From Burkholderiales bacterium (GTDB lineage: Bacteria > Pseudomonadota > Gammaproteobacteria > Burkholderiales > Burkholderiaceae_C), in the NCBI GenBank assembly GCA_003963005.1, contig RXJW01000066.1, forward strand, positions 4,981 through 68,980: a DNA stretch of 64,000 nucleotides, read 5' to 3'. Every line of letters begins with the position of its first letter. Position 1 is the stretch's first letter. Positions 20,959-31,034 of the stretch are shown piece by piece. A model generated the notes under the pieces. The model had not been told where the DNA came from. It was given only the letters and a program-made list of their open reading frames with translations, and ran no database searches. Both the position numbers and the translations under genes were made by a program.

Positions 20959-21982
20959 GCTGCCAGCCGTGCCAGGCACCGGTGCGGCGGATGGCCAGGG
21001 GCAGCGGCGTCCAGACGGCGAGCCCCAGGTCGCCGGCGCGATGGATCGATGGCAGGTAGTGCTGCCGCGGCGTGGCCGGCTGCGCCGGACCGAGCCGGAC
21101 GGCGGCATCCGGGCGCAACATGTCGCGCGTCAGCGAGGCCAGCGCGGCGACGCTGAGGCCCTCGTCCGACCCGACGTTGATGGCCTGCCCCGGGGGCGAG
21201 GTGAAGAGCAGATGCAAGAGCCACCAGGCCAGGTCCGCGCCGTAAAGGTAGCTGCGCACCGCCGAGCCGTCGGACGACAGGCGCAGTGGTCCGCCCGCCA
21301 GCGCATCACGGATGAAATTGCCGATGGCGAAATGCCCGTGCAGGTCCAGCCCGGGGCCGACGAAGGCGAAGCAGCGCGTCGGGACGACCTCGAAACCGCC
21401 GCGCGCGCTGGCCAGCGTGGCCAGCAACTCGCCCACCCGTTTGGCCTCGCCGTAGGCGCTGCCCGGCTGCGTGGGATCACAGGCGGCGGCATGCGTCTCG
21501 GGCACGGGGCCGGCAGGCAACTCGCCGTACTGCGCGCCCGAGCCGGTCAGCAGCAGGCGTTGCACGCCGTGCGCCGCCGCAAAGGCCAGCGCCTGCCGGG
21601 TGCCGGCGACACCGTCGTCGAAGACGGCCTGAGGATCCGTGTGGGCGCTGGCGTGGGTGTCGGTGGCGGCATGCACGACCGCGTCGAAGCGCCCGTGGCC
21701 GGGCCATGGGTCGCGCACGTCGGCTTCGAGCAGGTGCAGCCAGGGCAGCGCCGCAGCCCACGGCTGCGCCGCGAGGAAGCGCGCCGGATCCCGACTCAGC
21801 CCCACCACCTCGAAGCGCTGCCCCCGGCGGTGCAGCCAGGCCAGCAGCGCCAGCAGGTTCTTGCCGAAGAAGCCGGTCGCACCGCTGAGCATCAGCCGCC
21901 GCCCGTCCAGCAGCAGCGCGGGTGCGACGGCGCCGAGTCGCTCGAAGTCGTCCGCGAGGAAGGCGGCGATGTCGCGCGTCAC
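20951..21982 (-). CDS. NAD-dependent epimerase/dehydratase/reductase (extended SDR)
   Basis: SGATGFFG, VVHAA, YGEAK (YxxxK), RSYLY. Confidence 0.9.
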   Translation of the reverse strand: MTRDIAAFLADDFERLGAVAPALLLDGRRLMLSGATGFFGKNLLALLAWLHRRGQRFEVVGLSRDPARFLAAQPWAAALPWLHLLEADVRDPWPGHGRFDAVVHAATDTHASAHTDPQAVFDDGVAGTRQALAFAAAHGVQRLLLTGSGAQYGELPAGPVPETHAAACDPTQPGSAYGEAKRVGELLATLASARGGFEVVPTRCFAFVGPGLDLHGHFAIGNFIRDALAGGPLRLSSDGSAVRSYLYGADLAWWLLHLLFTSPPGQAINVGSDEGLSVAALASLTRDMLRPDAAVRLGPAQPATPRQHYLPSIHRAGDLGLAVWTPLPLAIRRTGAWHGWQHV

Positions 21983-23067
21983 AGCCCGCGGCCGTAGATC
22001 AGCTGGCGCAGCGCGGGTGTGCTGGCGTAGGGGCTGTCGAGGTCATCGATCATCAGCGCGGCATCGGCCTTGAGCTCCCGGGCGGTCCGCTGGCCGTTCA
22101 TGACCTCGCGGCAGGAGAGCTGGCCCTTCTGCAGCGGGATGGCCAGGTAGAAGTCGCGGTCGACGCTCGCATGATGGAACTCGTAGCCCGCCGGCAGGTC
22201 GCGCTTGAGGTAGACACCACGCACGAGTTGGTCGAGGTACTCGATCTCGCGCCGGCTCGGGATGCGCTTGGTCTCGGCGCTCGCACCGCACATGGCGCGC
22301 GCCTGGTGGAAGGCCTTGAACCAGGTGTCGATCTGGTGCGGCAGCGAGCAGTAGGGGGAGACCGGGATGCCACCGTCCTCGATGTCGATGTGCCGCTCCC
22401 AGGTGCGCGCGCCCTTGGCGTACGAGATCAGCATCGAGGCCTGCCAGTCGCGGTACTCGTGGGTCGAGTGGCCGATGACGAGCTGCGGGTAGCGCTGTCG
22501 CAGGTAGTCGATCTGGTTGAGCTCCATCTCGTCGTCTTCCGTCGGATAGAGCGAGACACAGTGGTTGAGCGACAGCGGGATGTGGCGGTTGCCGAAGAAG
22601 GTGACGAGGTCGTCCACGTCCTTCTCGGAGGAGCCGCCGGTGGAGACGATGACGGGCTTGCGCGTCTTGGCGATGCGGTCGAGCAGGAACCAGTCGTTGA
22701 GGTCAGAGCTGGCGACCTTGATGATTGGCAGATCGAACTCTTCGCACAGGTCCACCGACGCCTCGTCGAAGGCCGTGGCCATCGGGATGCAGCCCTGGTC
22801 GCGGATGGCGTTGATCAGCGTGGCGTACTGGTGTTTCTCGAGCTTGGTCGCCTCGGTCTTCTTGACGTAGCGCAGGTCCTCGCGGCCCTTGAAGCTCGGC
22901 GAGATGAAGTGGTCCACGTCGCGGAACTGCAGCTTGATGGCTGCCCGCACGTTGTTGAAGCGCACGACCTGGGCGAAGGCGTTGATGATCTTGAGCCCGC
23001 GCTCGACGCTGCCCCAGTGGTTGTTGGCAAGTTCAAGGACGAAGAGGTTCTGGAAGATGTGGTCCAT
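21979..23067 (-). CDS. N-acetylneuraminate synthase (NeuB/SpsE) family PEP-dependent synthase
   Basis: ELANNH, IKLQ, IKVAS, VSTG, HCVSLYP, ERH motifs plus a C-terminal SAF-like segment. Confidence 0.85.
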   Translation of the reverse strand: MDHIFQNLFVLELANNHWGSVERGLKIINAFAQVVRFNNVRAAIKLQFRDVDHFISPSFKGREDLRYVKKTEATKLEKHQYATLINAIRDQGCIPMATAFDEASVDLCEEFDLPIIKVASSDLNDWFLLDRIAKTRKPVIVSTGGSSEKDVDDLVTFFGNRHIPLSLNHCVSLYPTEDDEMELNQIDYLRQRYPQLVIGHSTHEYRDWQASMLISYAKGARTWERHIDIEDGGIPVSPYCSLPHQIDTWFKAFHQARAMCGASAETKRIPSRREIEYLDQLVRGVYLKRDLPAGYEFHHASVDRDFYLAIPLQKGQLSCREVMNGQRTARELKADAALMIDDLDSPYASTPALRQLIYGRGL

Positions 23068-23087
23068 GGCAGGGCCTCGGTTGGGGC

Positions 23088-24119
23088 TCAGTAGGCGTAG
23101 AGCACGGTGTCGAAACTATTGTGGCCATGCAGGCCCAGGCGCAGCCGGTAGCCCAGGCCAAGTTCGGCCAGGAACAGCGGCAGACGCCACAGATCGTCCC
23201 AGCGGTGATACGCCGCGATCGCCAGCGTGGGCCGTTCGCGTTGCAGCGTGCGGCGTGCGCCAGCGAGCACGGCCAGCTCCTGGCCTTCCACGTCGAGCTT
23301 GATGAAGTTGATGGGTGCCAGGTGCAGGCAGGCGTCCAGGCTGACCACCGGCGTGGGGCGTCCGCCGGTGCCGCCGAAGTGGCTGGCCTCGCCGGCACCG
23401 GCCTGGAAGTCGGCCAGCCCGCAGCGGTCGGACAGGCCCGCGGGGATGTGGGTGGCCGGCACCGGCCAGTCGGCCAGCGCGGCCACCAGCGCCGCATGGT
23501 TGTCGGGGTCGGGCTCGAAGCTCCAGGCCTGCGCCAGCGGCAGGCGAGCAGCCAGCGCGGTGAGCGTTTCGCCGCGGTACGCGCCGCCGTCCACGAGGCG
23601 CAGCGGGCCGCGCGGGGCCAGCTCGGCGGCCAGCCAGTCGGGCAGGTACTGCAGACCGGCGTCGGGCGGCGGCGGTGCGTCGTGTGCGTGCTGGCGGAAG
23701 GCGATCAGCGCGTCGAAGGTGGCGTGGCTTGCCGGCTCAAACAGCGCGCGGGCGGCGGCGATGTCAGCAGCCTGTGCTTCGATGCGGCCGGGGTCGGCCA
23801 GCCAGAAGCGTTCGCCCAGCGTCGGCTGCAGGCGTTCGAAGCAAGCCTGCGGCCACAGCAGTTCGACGCCGGGTGCCAGCGTGCGCAGTGCTGCGGCCAG
23901 GGCCCCGTAGTCGCTGTGCGCTTCGCGGTTGAACACGCCGATGGCCACGGGGCTCGCGGCCAGCGTCGCGGAGGTGGCCTGGCGCACCGGCAGGCCGTCA
24001 AGTTCGGGCACTGCAGGCACGCCGGAGGTGAGAAAGCCCAGCACCGTCTCCCCGCGGGCCTGCCAGGCCTGCGCGAGATCGCGCCCGAAGCGCCCGGCGC
24101 CGAAGACCTGCAGCGCCAT
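23088..24119 (-). CDS. FkbM family methyltransferase
   Basis: VDGGAYRG, SFEPDP, FIKLDVEGQE, LAIAAYH. Confidence 0.9.
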   Translation of the reverse strand: MALQVFGAGRFGRDLAQAWQARGETVLGFLTSGVPAVPELDGLPVRQATSATLAASPVAIGVFNREAHSDYGALAAALRTLAPGVELLWPQACFERLQPTLGERFWLADPGRIEAQAADIAAARALFEPASHATFDALIAFRQHAHDAPPPPDAGLQYLPDWLAAELAPRGPLRLVDGGAYRGETLTALAARLPLAQAWSFEPDPDNHAALVAALADWPVPATHIPAGLSDRCGLADFQAGAGEASHFGGTGGRPTPVVSLDACLHLAPINFIKLDVEGQELAVLAGARRTLQRERPTLAIAAYHRWDDLWRLPLFLAELGLGYRLRLGLHGHNSFDTVLYAY

Positions 24120-25882
24120 CAGCGGCCCGGCGCGCTGTCGCGCACCGCCTGGAGTTCATCGGCCGGCAGGAAGGGGTGCATGTCGTCGAGTTCGGGCGTC
24201 AGGAAGCGGCCCTGCTCGTCCACGCGCGACTTGAGCTTGGGGCTGAAGCCCTGGGCCGGGTCGACATGGATCTGCACCAGCACCGGGCCGCTGGCCTGCA
24301 GCAGGGCGGGCAGCTCGGCCAGCGCCTCCGGCGTGGCGATGTCCACCGCCGGCAGGCCGTAGGCGCGGGCCAGCGCGACGTAGTCCGGGCAGTCCACACC
24401 CGACGCGCGGTCGGCGCCGATGACCCGGCCGAAGAAGTTCTCGTGGCTCAGCCGGATGGACAGGTAGCCGTCGTTGGCCAGCACGACGACCGCGACGTTC
24501 AGTTGCAGCGTCTTGAGCGTCTGCAGCTCCTGCACGTTCATCTGCAGGCTGCCGTCACCGGCCAGGCACACCACGCGGCGCCCGCCCGCGGCCAGCGCGG
24601 CGCCGAGCGCGGCGGGCAGGTCGTAGCCCATCGAGGCCGAGCCCGAGTTGCTGAACAGCCGTTGGCCGCGCTGCAGCGGCGCGATCTGGAAGGGCAGGAT
24701 GCAGGCCGAGGCATTGCCGCTGGCGACGATGCCGTCGGCCGGCAACGCCTCGAACAGCGCCTGCACCGCGCGGTAAGGGTTGATGAGGCCCGGCGGGCTG
24801 ACGTTGCCCGGCTCCAGTGCCGGGAAGCGCGCGGCGATGTCGCGGCACCAGGCGGCCCAGGGTTCAAAGCGGCGTGCGGTGATGCCGGCGTGCAGGGCCT
24901 GGATGAAGGCCTTGGCGTCGGCGGTGATCGTCAGCGCCGGCTGGACCAGCGGCTTGGCGAACTCGGCGGGGTCGATGTCGACCTGCACGACGCGGGCGTC
25001 CTTCGCGAAGCTGCCCCAGTTGTAGCTGACCTGCCGGATGTTCAGCCGCGAGCCGATGACGATGACGAGGTCGGCCGCCTGCAGGCACAGGTTGCCGGCG
25101 CGCGTGCCGATGGTGCCGGGGCGGCCGGCGAACAGCGGGTGGCTGCTCTCGATGAGGTCGTGCGTCCAGGCGGTGGCCAGCGGGATGCCGCTGGCCTCCA
25201 CCAGGTCGCGCAGTTCGGTGACTGCGCCGGCCAGGCGCACGCCGGTGCCGCCGAGCAGCAGCGGGCGCTTGGCCTCGGCAAGCCACTGCAGCACGGTGCT
25301 CACGTCGGGCGACGCCGGTGCGGCAGCGGGCGCCGGTTCGATGAAGTCGAAGGGCTCGGTCGACGACTGCAGGTCGATCGGGATGTCCAGCCACACCGGG
25401 CCGGGCCGGCCGCTCGTGGCCAGGGCCAGCGCCTCGGGCAGTGCACGGGCGAGCTCGTCCAGCGAGCCGATGGCCCAGGCGCGCTTGACCACCGGGCCGA
25501 CCATCGCGGTGATCGGCACCTCCTGGTCGCCCAACTGGCGCAGCCCCGGCACCGGCGTGTGCGCGAGCGCCGTGGCGCGCTTGACCTGGCCGGAGATGAC
25601 CAGCATCGGGATGGAATCGGTGAAGGCCCCGAACACGCCGTTGAGCGCATTCAGCCCGCCGGGGCCGGTCGTCACGTTGACGATCGCCGGGCGGCCGTCG
25701 ATACGGGCATAGCCCTCGGCCGCCATCGCGCAGGCCTGCTCGTGGTGCATGAAGCTGCAGCGCAGGCCGGGCTGCGAGGCCAGCGCCTGGTTCAGGAACA
25801 TCGCGCCGCCGCCGGTCACGGCGAACACCTGGGCCAGGCCCTTCGCGGCCAGGTAGCCGGCGATGCGCTCGGCCGCGTTCAC
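24119..25882 (-). CDS. Thiamine-diphosphate-dependent acetolactate-synthase-like enzyme (YerE-like)
   Basis: [34 protein letters not shown] ThDP motif; GTG start overlaps the rfbH stop. Confidence 0.88.
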   Translation of the reverse strand: MNAAERIAGYLAAKGLAQVFAVTGGGAMFLNQALASQPGLRCSFMHHEQACAMAAEGYARIDGRPAIVNVTTGPGGLNALNGVFGAFTDSIPMLVISGQVKRATALAHTPVPGLRQLGDQEVPITAMVGPVVKRAWAIGSLDELARALPEALALATSGRPGPVWLDIPIDLQSSTEPFDFIEPAPAAAPASPDVSTVLQWLAEAKRPLLLGGTGVRLAGAVTELRDLVEASGIPLATAWTHDLIESSHPLFAGRPGTIGTRAGNLCLQAADLVIVIGSRLNIRQVSYNWGSFAKDARVVQVDIDPAEFAKPLVQPALTITADAKAFIQALHAGITARRFEPWAAWCRDIAARFPALEPGNVSPPGLINPYRAVQALFEALPADGIVASGNASACILPFQIAPLQRGQRLFSNSGSASMGYDLPAALGAALAAGGRRVVCLAGDGSLQMNVQELQTLKTLQLNVAVVVLANDGYLSIRLSHENFFGRVIGADRASGVDCPDYVALARAYGLPAVDIATPEALAELPALLQASGPVLVQIHVDPAQGFSPKLKSRVDEQGRFLTPELDDMHPFLPADELQAVRDSAPGR

Positions 25883-27198
25883 AGGCCGCCTCCCACGAAG
25901 CCGGCGATCTCGTCGGCTGCGTAGTCGAGCTGGTCGTCGGAGAGGCCGGGGTACAGGCCGATCCAGAAGGTGTCGTTCATGACGATGTCGGTGGCCGTGA
26001 GCGGCCCGGCCACGCGGAAGTGGCGGCCCTGCATGTAGGGCTGGCGCGTCAGGTTGCCGGCGAACAGCAGGCGCGTGCCGATGCGGCGGCTGTCCAGGTG
26101 CGTCAGCAGGTCGACGCGGCGCAGGTTCGCTTCGGGCCGGATCGTGATCGGAAAGCCGAACCACGACGGGTCGCTGCCGGGCGTGGCCTCGGGCAGCAGC
26201 AGGAACTCTTCGGCGCTCTTCAGCCGCTCGTGCAGCCGCGCGAAGTTGCGGCGGCGCGCGGCGATGAAGCCGTCCAGCCGGTCCAGCTGCGCCAGCGCGC
26301 AGGCGGCCTGCATGTCGGTGATCTTGAGGTTGTAGCCCAGGTGGCTGTAGGTGTACTTGTGGTCGTAGCCCTCGGGCAGGCGCCCCAGCTTCCAGCAGTA
26401 GCGCTGGCCGCAGGTGTTGTCCTTGCCGGGGGCGCACCAGCAGTCGCGGCCCCAGTCGCGCAGGGATTCGGCGGCGCGGCGCAGGGTGTCGTCGTTGGTG
26501 AAGACGGCGCCGCCTTCGCCCATCGTGATGTGGTGGGCGGGGTAGAAGCTCAGCGTGGCGATGTCGCCGAAGGTGCCCACGAGCTGACCGTGGTAGGTGG
26601 AACCGAGCGCATCGCAGCAGTCCTCCACCAGCCACAGGCCGTGCTGGCGGGCCAGGCGCGTGACCACGTCCAGGTTGTACGGGTTGCCCAGCGTGTGGGC
26701 CAGCATGATGGCCTTCGTGCGCGGTGTGATCGCGGCTTCGAGCTGCTCGACGTCGATGTTGTAAGTCGGCAGGTGCACGTCCACGAACACCGGCACGGCG
26801 CCGCACTGCAGGATCGGGTTCACCGTCGTCGGGAAGCCCGCCGCCACGCCGATGACCTCGTCACCCGGGCGGATGGCGCGCTCGCCGAGCAGGGGCGAGG
26901 TCAGCGCCGAGAAGGCCAGCAGATTGGCCGACGAGCCGGAGTTGGTGGTCAGCACATGCTTCACGCCGAGCACCTGGGCCAGGCGCGATTCGAAGGCAGC
27001 ATTGAAGCGGCCGGTCGTGAGCCAGGCGTCGAGCGAGGCCTCGACCATCAGCTTCATCTCCGGCGCACCCACCACCTTGCCCGAGGGCGGAATGACCGTC
27101 AGGCCGGGCTCGAAGTCTGCAGGCGTGGGCGCCGCGGCGGCGTACTGCTCGACGAGCTGCAGGATCTGCTGGCGCAGCGCGAATTGTTGGGGCGTCAT
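25879..27198 (-). CDS. rfbH: CDP-4-keto-6-deoxyglucose 3-dehydrase (E1; DdhC/AscC)
   Basis: [38 protein letters not shown] (His at the PLP-Lys position), Cys cluster RDCWC...NTC, YDHKY. Confidence 0.95.
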   Translation of the reverse strand: MTPQQFALRQQILQLVEQYAAAAPTPADFEPGLTVIPPSGKVVGAPEMKLMVEASLDAWLTTGRFNAAFESRLAQVLGVKHVLTTNSGSSANLLAFSALTSPLLGERAIRPGDEVIGVAAGFPTTVNPILQCGAVPVFVDVHLPTYNIDVEQLEAAITPRTKAIMLAHTLGNPYNLDVVTRLARQHGLWLVEDCCDALGSTYHGQLVGTFGDIATLSFYPAHHITMGEGGAVFTNDDTLRRAAESLRDWGRDCWCAPGKDNTCGQRYCWKLGRLPEGYDHKYTYSHLGYNLKITDMQAACALAQLDRLDGFIAARRRNFARLHERLKSAEEFLLLPEATPGSDPSWFGFPITIRPEANLRRVDLLTHLDSRRIGTRLLFAGNLTRQPYMQGRHFRVAGPLTATDIVMNDTFWIGLYPGLSDDQLDYAADEIAGFVGGGL

Positions 27199-28247
27199 GG
27201 GGTGGCGGTCAGGTAGGCGTCGATCTGGGCGCGGGTGAAGGCGTTCAGGTCCTGCCCGGTGTGCTGGGCGCGGTGCCAGAGCCAGGTCAGGCGCAGGGCG
27301 TCGTCGAGCGTGAGGCGGCCGCGCCAGCCGAGCTGCGCGGCGGCCTTGGTCGTGTCCAGGCGCAGCACGCCCGCCTCGTGCACGCCGCTGCCGTCGCCGA
27401 CCGTGAGCGCGGGCGGCGCGACGCCGCTGGCCTCGGCTTGCGCGAACAGCCGCTCGGCGACGACGCGCACCGGCTGCGCCTCGCGGTCATCGGGGCCGAA
27501 GTTCCAGGCGCCGCCAAAGCGGCCGGGGTCGTCCATCAGCCGCTCGGCCAGCGCGAGGTAGCCGGCCAGCGGCTCCATCACGTGCTGCCAGGGCCGCACC
27601 GCGTCGGGGTGGCGCAGGTGCAGCGGCGCGCCGGTGTCCAGTGCGCGCAGCAGGTCGGGCACGAGGCGGTCGGTGCTGATGTCGCCGCCGCCGATGACGT
27701 TGCCCGCGCGGGCGGTGGCGAGTGGCAGGCCGTACGAGGCGGCATAGCTGGCCGCCACGATCTCGGCGCCGGCCTTGCTGGCGCTGTAGGGGTCGTGCCC
27801 GCCGAGGGCGTCAGTCTCGCGGCAGGGGGGGCCCAGGTCGCGGTAGCACTTGTCGCTGGTGACGGCCACGATGGCCCGCACGCCGCTTTGCTGGCGCAGC
27901 GCGTCCAGCAGGTGGGCCGTGCCCATGATGTTGGTGGCGAAGGTGCCGGCGGGGTCGGCATACGACGCCCGCACCAGCGGCTGCGCCGCGAGATGGAAGA
28001 CCACCTCGGGCTGGGTCGCGGTGACGGCTTCGAGCAGCGCCTCGCGGTCGCGCACGTCGGCAATCCATTCGGCGTGCAGGCCGGCCTTCACACCGGCGCG
28101 TTCGTAGAAGCCGCCGGCCTCGGGCGCCAGCGCGTAGCCGCTGACTTCCGCGCCCCACTGCGCCAGCCACAGCGCCAGCCAGCCGCCCTTGAAGCCGGTG
28201 TGGCCGGTCAGCAGCACCCGCCGGCCGGCCCAGCGCCGGGCGTTCAC
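27195..28247 (-). CDS. rfbG: CDP-glucose 4,6-dehydratase
   Basis: [47 protein letters not shown]. Confidence 0.95.
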   Translation of the reverse strand: MNARRWAGRRVLLTGHTGFKGGWLALWLAQWGAEVSGYALAPEAGGFYERAGVKAGLHAEWIADVRDREALLEAVTATQPEVVFHLAAQPLVRASYADPAGTFATNIMGTAHLLDALRQQSGVRAIVAVTSDKCYRDLGPPCRETDALGGHDPYSASKAGAEIVAASYAASYGLPLATARAGNVIGGGDISTDRLVPDLLRALDTGAPLHLRHPDAVRPWQHVMEPLAGYLALAERLMDDPGRFGGAWNFGPDDREAQPVRVVAERLFAQAEASGVAPPALTVGDGSGVHEAGVLRLDTTKAAAQLGWRGRLTLDDALRLTWLWHRAQHTGQDLNAFTRAQIDAYLTATP

Positions 28248-29023
28248 CAGACCTTCCATGGTGCCTGCCCGTCGGCCCAGAGCCGCTCCAGGTGGTTGCG
28301 GTCGCGCACCGTGTCCATCGGCTGCCAGAAGCCGGGGTGCTCGTACACGCCGAGCTGGCCGCGTTCGGCAAGCGTCTCCAGCGGGCGCGCTTCCCAGGAA
28401 TCGCCGTCGGCGTCGATCAGGTCCAGCACCTCGGGCTTGAGCACGAAGAAGCCGGCATTCACGCCGCCGCCCTCGCCCTGGGGCTTCTCGCGGAAGCGCC
28501 GCACGAGGCCGGTGGCCGGGTCCACGTCCAGCGCGCCGAAGCGGGCCGGCGGCACGGCGGCCGTGATGGTGGCGGCCAGGCCGCTGGCGCGGTGCTGCGC
28601 GAGCAGGGCGGAGATGTCGACGTCGGCCACGCCGTCGCCGTAGGTGAAGCAGAAGTCGGTCTCGTCCTTCAGGTAGCCGGCCACGCGCTTCAGGCGCCCG
28701 CCGGTGCCGCTGTCCTGGCCGGTGTCCACCAGCGTCACACGCCAGGGCTCGGCATGGCGTTCGTGCACCTCCATGCGGTTCTCGGCGAGGTCGAAGGTGA
28801 CGTCGGAGCTGTGCAGGAAGTAGTTGGCGAAGTATTCCTTGATGACATAACCCTTGTAGCCCAGGCAGACGATGAAGTCGTTGACGCCGTGGGCGGCATA
28901 GATCTTCATGACGTGCCAGAGGATCGGCTGGCCGCCGATCTCGATCATGGGCTTGGGCCGGAGGTGGGTTTCTTCGGCAATGCGGGTGCCGAGGCCACCG
29001 GCCAGGATCACGGCTTTGGTCAT
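28244..29023 (-). CDS. rfbF: Glucose-1-phosphate cytidylyltransferase
   Basis: LAGGLGTRI.EET..RPKPM, GYKGYVIKEYF, TYGDG, FWQPMDT. Confidence 0.97.
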   Translation of the reverse strand: MTKAVILAGGLGTRIAEETHLRPKPMIEIGGQPILWHVMKIYAAHGVNDFIVCLGYKGYVIKEYFANYFLHSSDVTFDLAENRMEVHERHAEPWRVTLVDTGQDSGTGGRLKRVAGYLKDETDFCFTYGDGVADVDISALLAQHRASGLAATITAAVPPARFGALDVDPATGLVRRFREKPQGEGGGVNAGFFVLKPEVLDLIDADGDSWEARPLETLAERGQLGVYEHPGFWQPMDTVRDRNHLERLWADGQAPWKVW

Positions 29024-29153
29024 CGAATAAGTTTAGGCGCACCCAGGGCAATCCCTGGGGTGCCGGACCGTGGAAAACGCCCTGTGGGCTGGACAATTCC
29101 GCCCTTCCGCGCGGGCTACTGCCTGCCTTTTGCGTTTACCTGGAACGACCGTC

Positions 29154-30710
29154 GTGACTACCACTGCCCCCGTGACCGGCCGAGCGGCGACCCCGCAAGC
29201 CGGCGCCACCATCCTCGGCCAGCCCAACCAGCTCTTCGTTCTCTTCTTCACGGAGATGTGGGAGCGCTTCTCCTACTACGGCATGCGCGCCCTGCTCGTG
29301 CTCTTTCTGGTCACCGAAGCCAGCAAGGGGGGCTGGGGCTGGAGCCGCGCCGAGGCGACCAGCCTGTACGGCTGGTACACGGGCCTGGTCTACCTGACGC
29401 CGATCCTGGGCGGCTACATCGCCGACCGGCTTCTCGGCACGCGGCGCTCGGTGCTGCTGGGCGGCTTCATCATCGCGGCCGGTCACATCGCGCTGTTCAT
29501 GGACACGGTGCCCTCGTTCTACGCGGGCCTGGGCCTCGTCGTGCTGGGCACGGGCCTGTTCAAGCCGAACATCTCGGCCATCGTCGGCCAGCTCTACGGC
29601 CCCGGCAACGAAGGCCAGCGTGACGGCGGCTACACGCTGTTCTACATGGGCGTGAACGCCGGTGCCTTCTTCGGCATCTCGCTGTGCGGCTACATCGGCG
29701 AGAAGATCTCCTGGAACCTGGGCTTCGGTCTGGCCGGGGTGTTCATGATCCTGGGCGCGATCCAGTTCTGGCTGAGCCAGGGCCTGTTCGGCACGATCGG
29801 CGACAAAGTCGACGCCGCCAAGAAGGTCGTCGAGGAGAAGCTCGACGACACCCCCGCCCACATCGTGGCCGACCGCCTCAAGGCGATCTTCGTCTTCTCG
29901 TTCTTCACGATCTTCTTCTGGTTTGCCTTCGAGCAGGCCGGTGGCTCCATGACGATCTTTGCGGCCGACTACACCGACCGCACGCTGGTCGGCACGGCCG
30001 GCTTCGCCTTCAAGGTCGTCAACACGGCGATGACGCTGATCCCGGCGGCCATCCTGTCGTGGCTGCTGTTCAAGCTCTACCGCTCGACCGGGGGCAGCTA
30101 CCTGCTGGCCAACGTCTCGCTGGGTGCGGCTTTCGCCATCATCTGGGGCCTGTCGCTGTGGATGCTGGGCCGCGAGTTCGCGATGGACCAGTCCGAGGTG
30201 CCCGCCACCTGGTTCAGCGTGCTGAACAGCCTGTTCATCGTCGTGCTCGCGCCGATGTTCTCCAAGCTCTGGGAGAAGCACTGGAATCCGTCCGGCCCGG
30301 TCAAGTTCGGCGTCGGTCTCGTGCTGCTGGGCCTGGGCTTTGCCGTGCTGTCCTACGGCGCTGCCGGCATCCCGCAGGGCGCCAAGACCGCTCAGGTCAG
30401 CATGATCTACCTGAGCGTGGCCTACCTGTTCCACACGATGGGTGAGCTGTGCCTGTCGCCGGTGGGCCTGAGCTACATCTCCAAGCTGGCGCCCACCCGC
30501 CTGCTGGGCCTGATGTTCGGTGTCTGGTTCCTGAACACCGCCATCGCCAACAAGATCGCCGGCTCCACCGGCTCCTACATCGACGCGATCTCCAGCCAGT
30601 ACTCGATGTCGGTCTTCTTCCTGATCTTCACCGCCATCCCGATCGGCGCCGGCATCCTCCTGATGCTGTTGAACCCGCTCATGAAGAAGTGGATGCACGG
30701 CGTTCACTAG
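29154..30710 (+). CDS. Proton-dependent oligopeptide transporter (POT/PTR family); start approximate
   Basis: EMWERFSYYGM (ExxER), GGYIADR, FYMGVN, GELCLSPVGLS. Confidence 0.93.
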   Translation: MTTTAPVTGRAATPQAGATILGQPNQLFVLFFTEMWERFSYYGMRALLVLFLVTEASKGGWGWSRAEATSLYGWYTGLVYLTPILGGYIADRLLGTRRSVLLGGFIIAAGHIALFMDTVPSFYAGLGLVVLGTGLFKPNISAIVGQLYGPGNEGQRDGGYTLFYMGVNAGAFFGISLCGYIGEKISWNLGFGLAGVFMILGAIQFWLSQGLFGTIGDKVDAAKKVVEEKLDDTPAHIVADRLKAIFVFSFFTIFFWFAFEQAGGSMTIFAADYTDRTLVGTAGFAFKVVNTAMTLIPAAILSWLLFKLYRSTGGSYLLANVSLGAAFAIIWGLSLWMLGREFAMDQSEVPATWFSVLNSLFIVVLAPMFSKLWEKHWNPSGPVKFGVGLVLLGLGFAVLSYGAAGIPQGAKTAQVSMIYLSVAYLFHTMGELCLSPVGLSYISKLAPTRLLGLMFGVWFLNTAIANKIAGSTGSYIDAISSQYSMSVFFLIFTAIPIGAGILLMLLNPLMKKWMHGVH

Positions 30711-30721
30711 TCCACCCCCTA

Positions 30722-30888
30722 CGGCCTGACGGCCGCCCCCTCAAGGGGGCTGAGCCCGGACACAAACCGTCCTGAGGACGGTTTGTGCCTGGCGAAGGAC
30801 AAGGCCTCTGGCCTTGGCAACTCCCGACGGCCCGGCGAAGCCGGATCCTTGGGAGTCGCTCGGTGAACGGCCTGGCTGCGCCGGCCGT
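30722..30888. repeat. Multi-hairpin intergenic element (REP/MITE-like or structured RNA)
   Basis: Consecutive inverted repeats, including CACAAACCGTCCT-G-AGGACGGTTTGTG (30761-30787), GCCCCCT-CA-AGGGGGC and CAAGGCC-TCT-GGCCTTG. Confidence 0.55.
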
Positions 30889-30894
30889 CTGAAC

Positions 30895-30932
30895 AAGAAG
30901 CCGCTCCACAACAGTGCGGGCGGCTTTTTCTT
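30895..30932 (+). terminator. Intrinsic terminator downstream of the POT gene
   Basis: AAGCCGCT...GGGCGGCTT stem followed by a T-rich tract. Confidence 0.65.
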
Positions 30933-30945
30933 GGGCGCCCGATTG

Positions 30946-30961
30946 TTGACATTCGCTGTCA
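30946..30961 (+). promoter_or_regulatory. Putative -35 box with overlapping operator palindrome upstream of the RND operon
   Basis: TTGACA at 30946; TGACA-N5-TGTCA at 30947-30961. Confidence 0.45.
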
Positions 30962-31034
30962 GCAGCATTCCAAGCTAGCGGTAGTTCTGCGACTTTCATC
31001 TGGCTACAGTCGCCCGCTTGCCTTGGAGTCCTGC

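Noticed and set aside
21979-23067. Calling the locus a sialic acid/legionaminic/pseudaminic acid cluster
   Set aside because: No neuA/neuC, leg or pse genes here; the surrounding enzymes are CDP-dideoxyhexose type.
24119-26806. 895-aa ThDP enzyme with long N-terminal extension (also the 27195-29096 extension of rfbG)
   Set aside because: Extensions overlap rfbH/rfbF in another frame; true starts are GTGs overlapping the upstream stops (25882, 28247).
30711-30932. Possible IS element or tRNA
   Set aside because: No transposase, no clear terminal inverted repeats or target duplication, no tRNA cloverleaf or T-loop consensus; kept only as a hairpin element.
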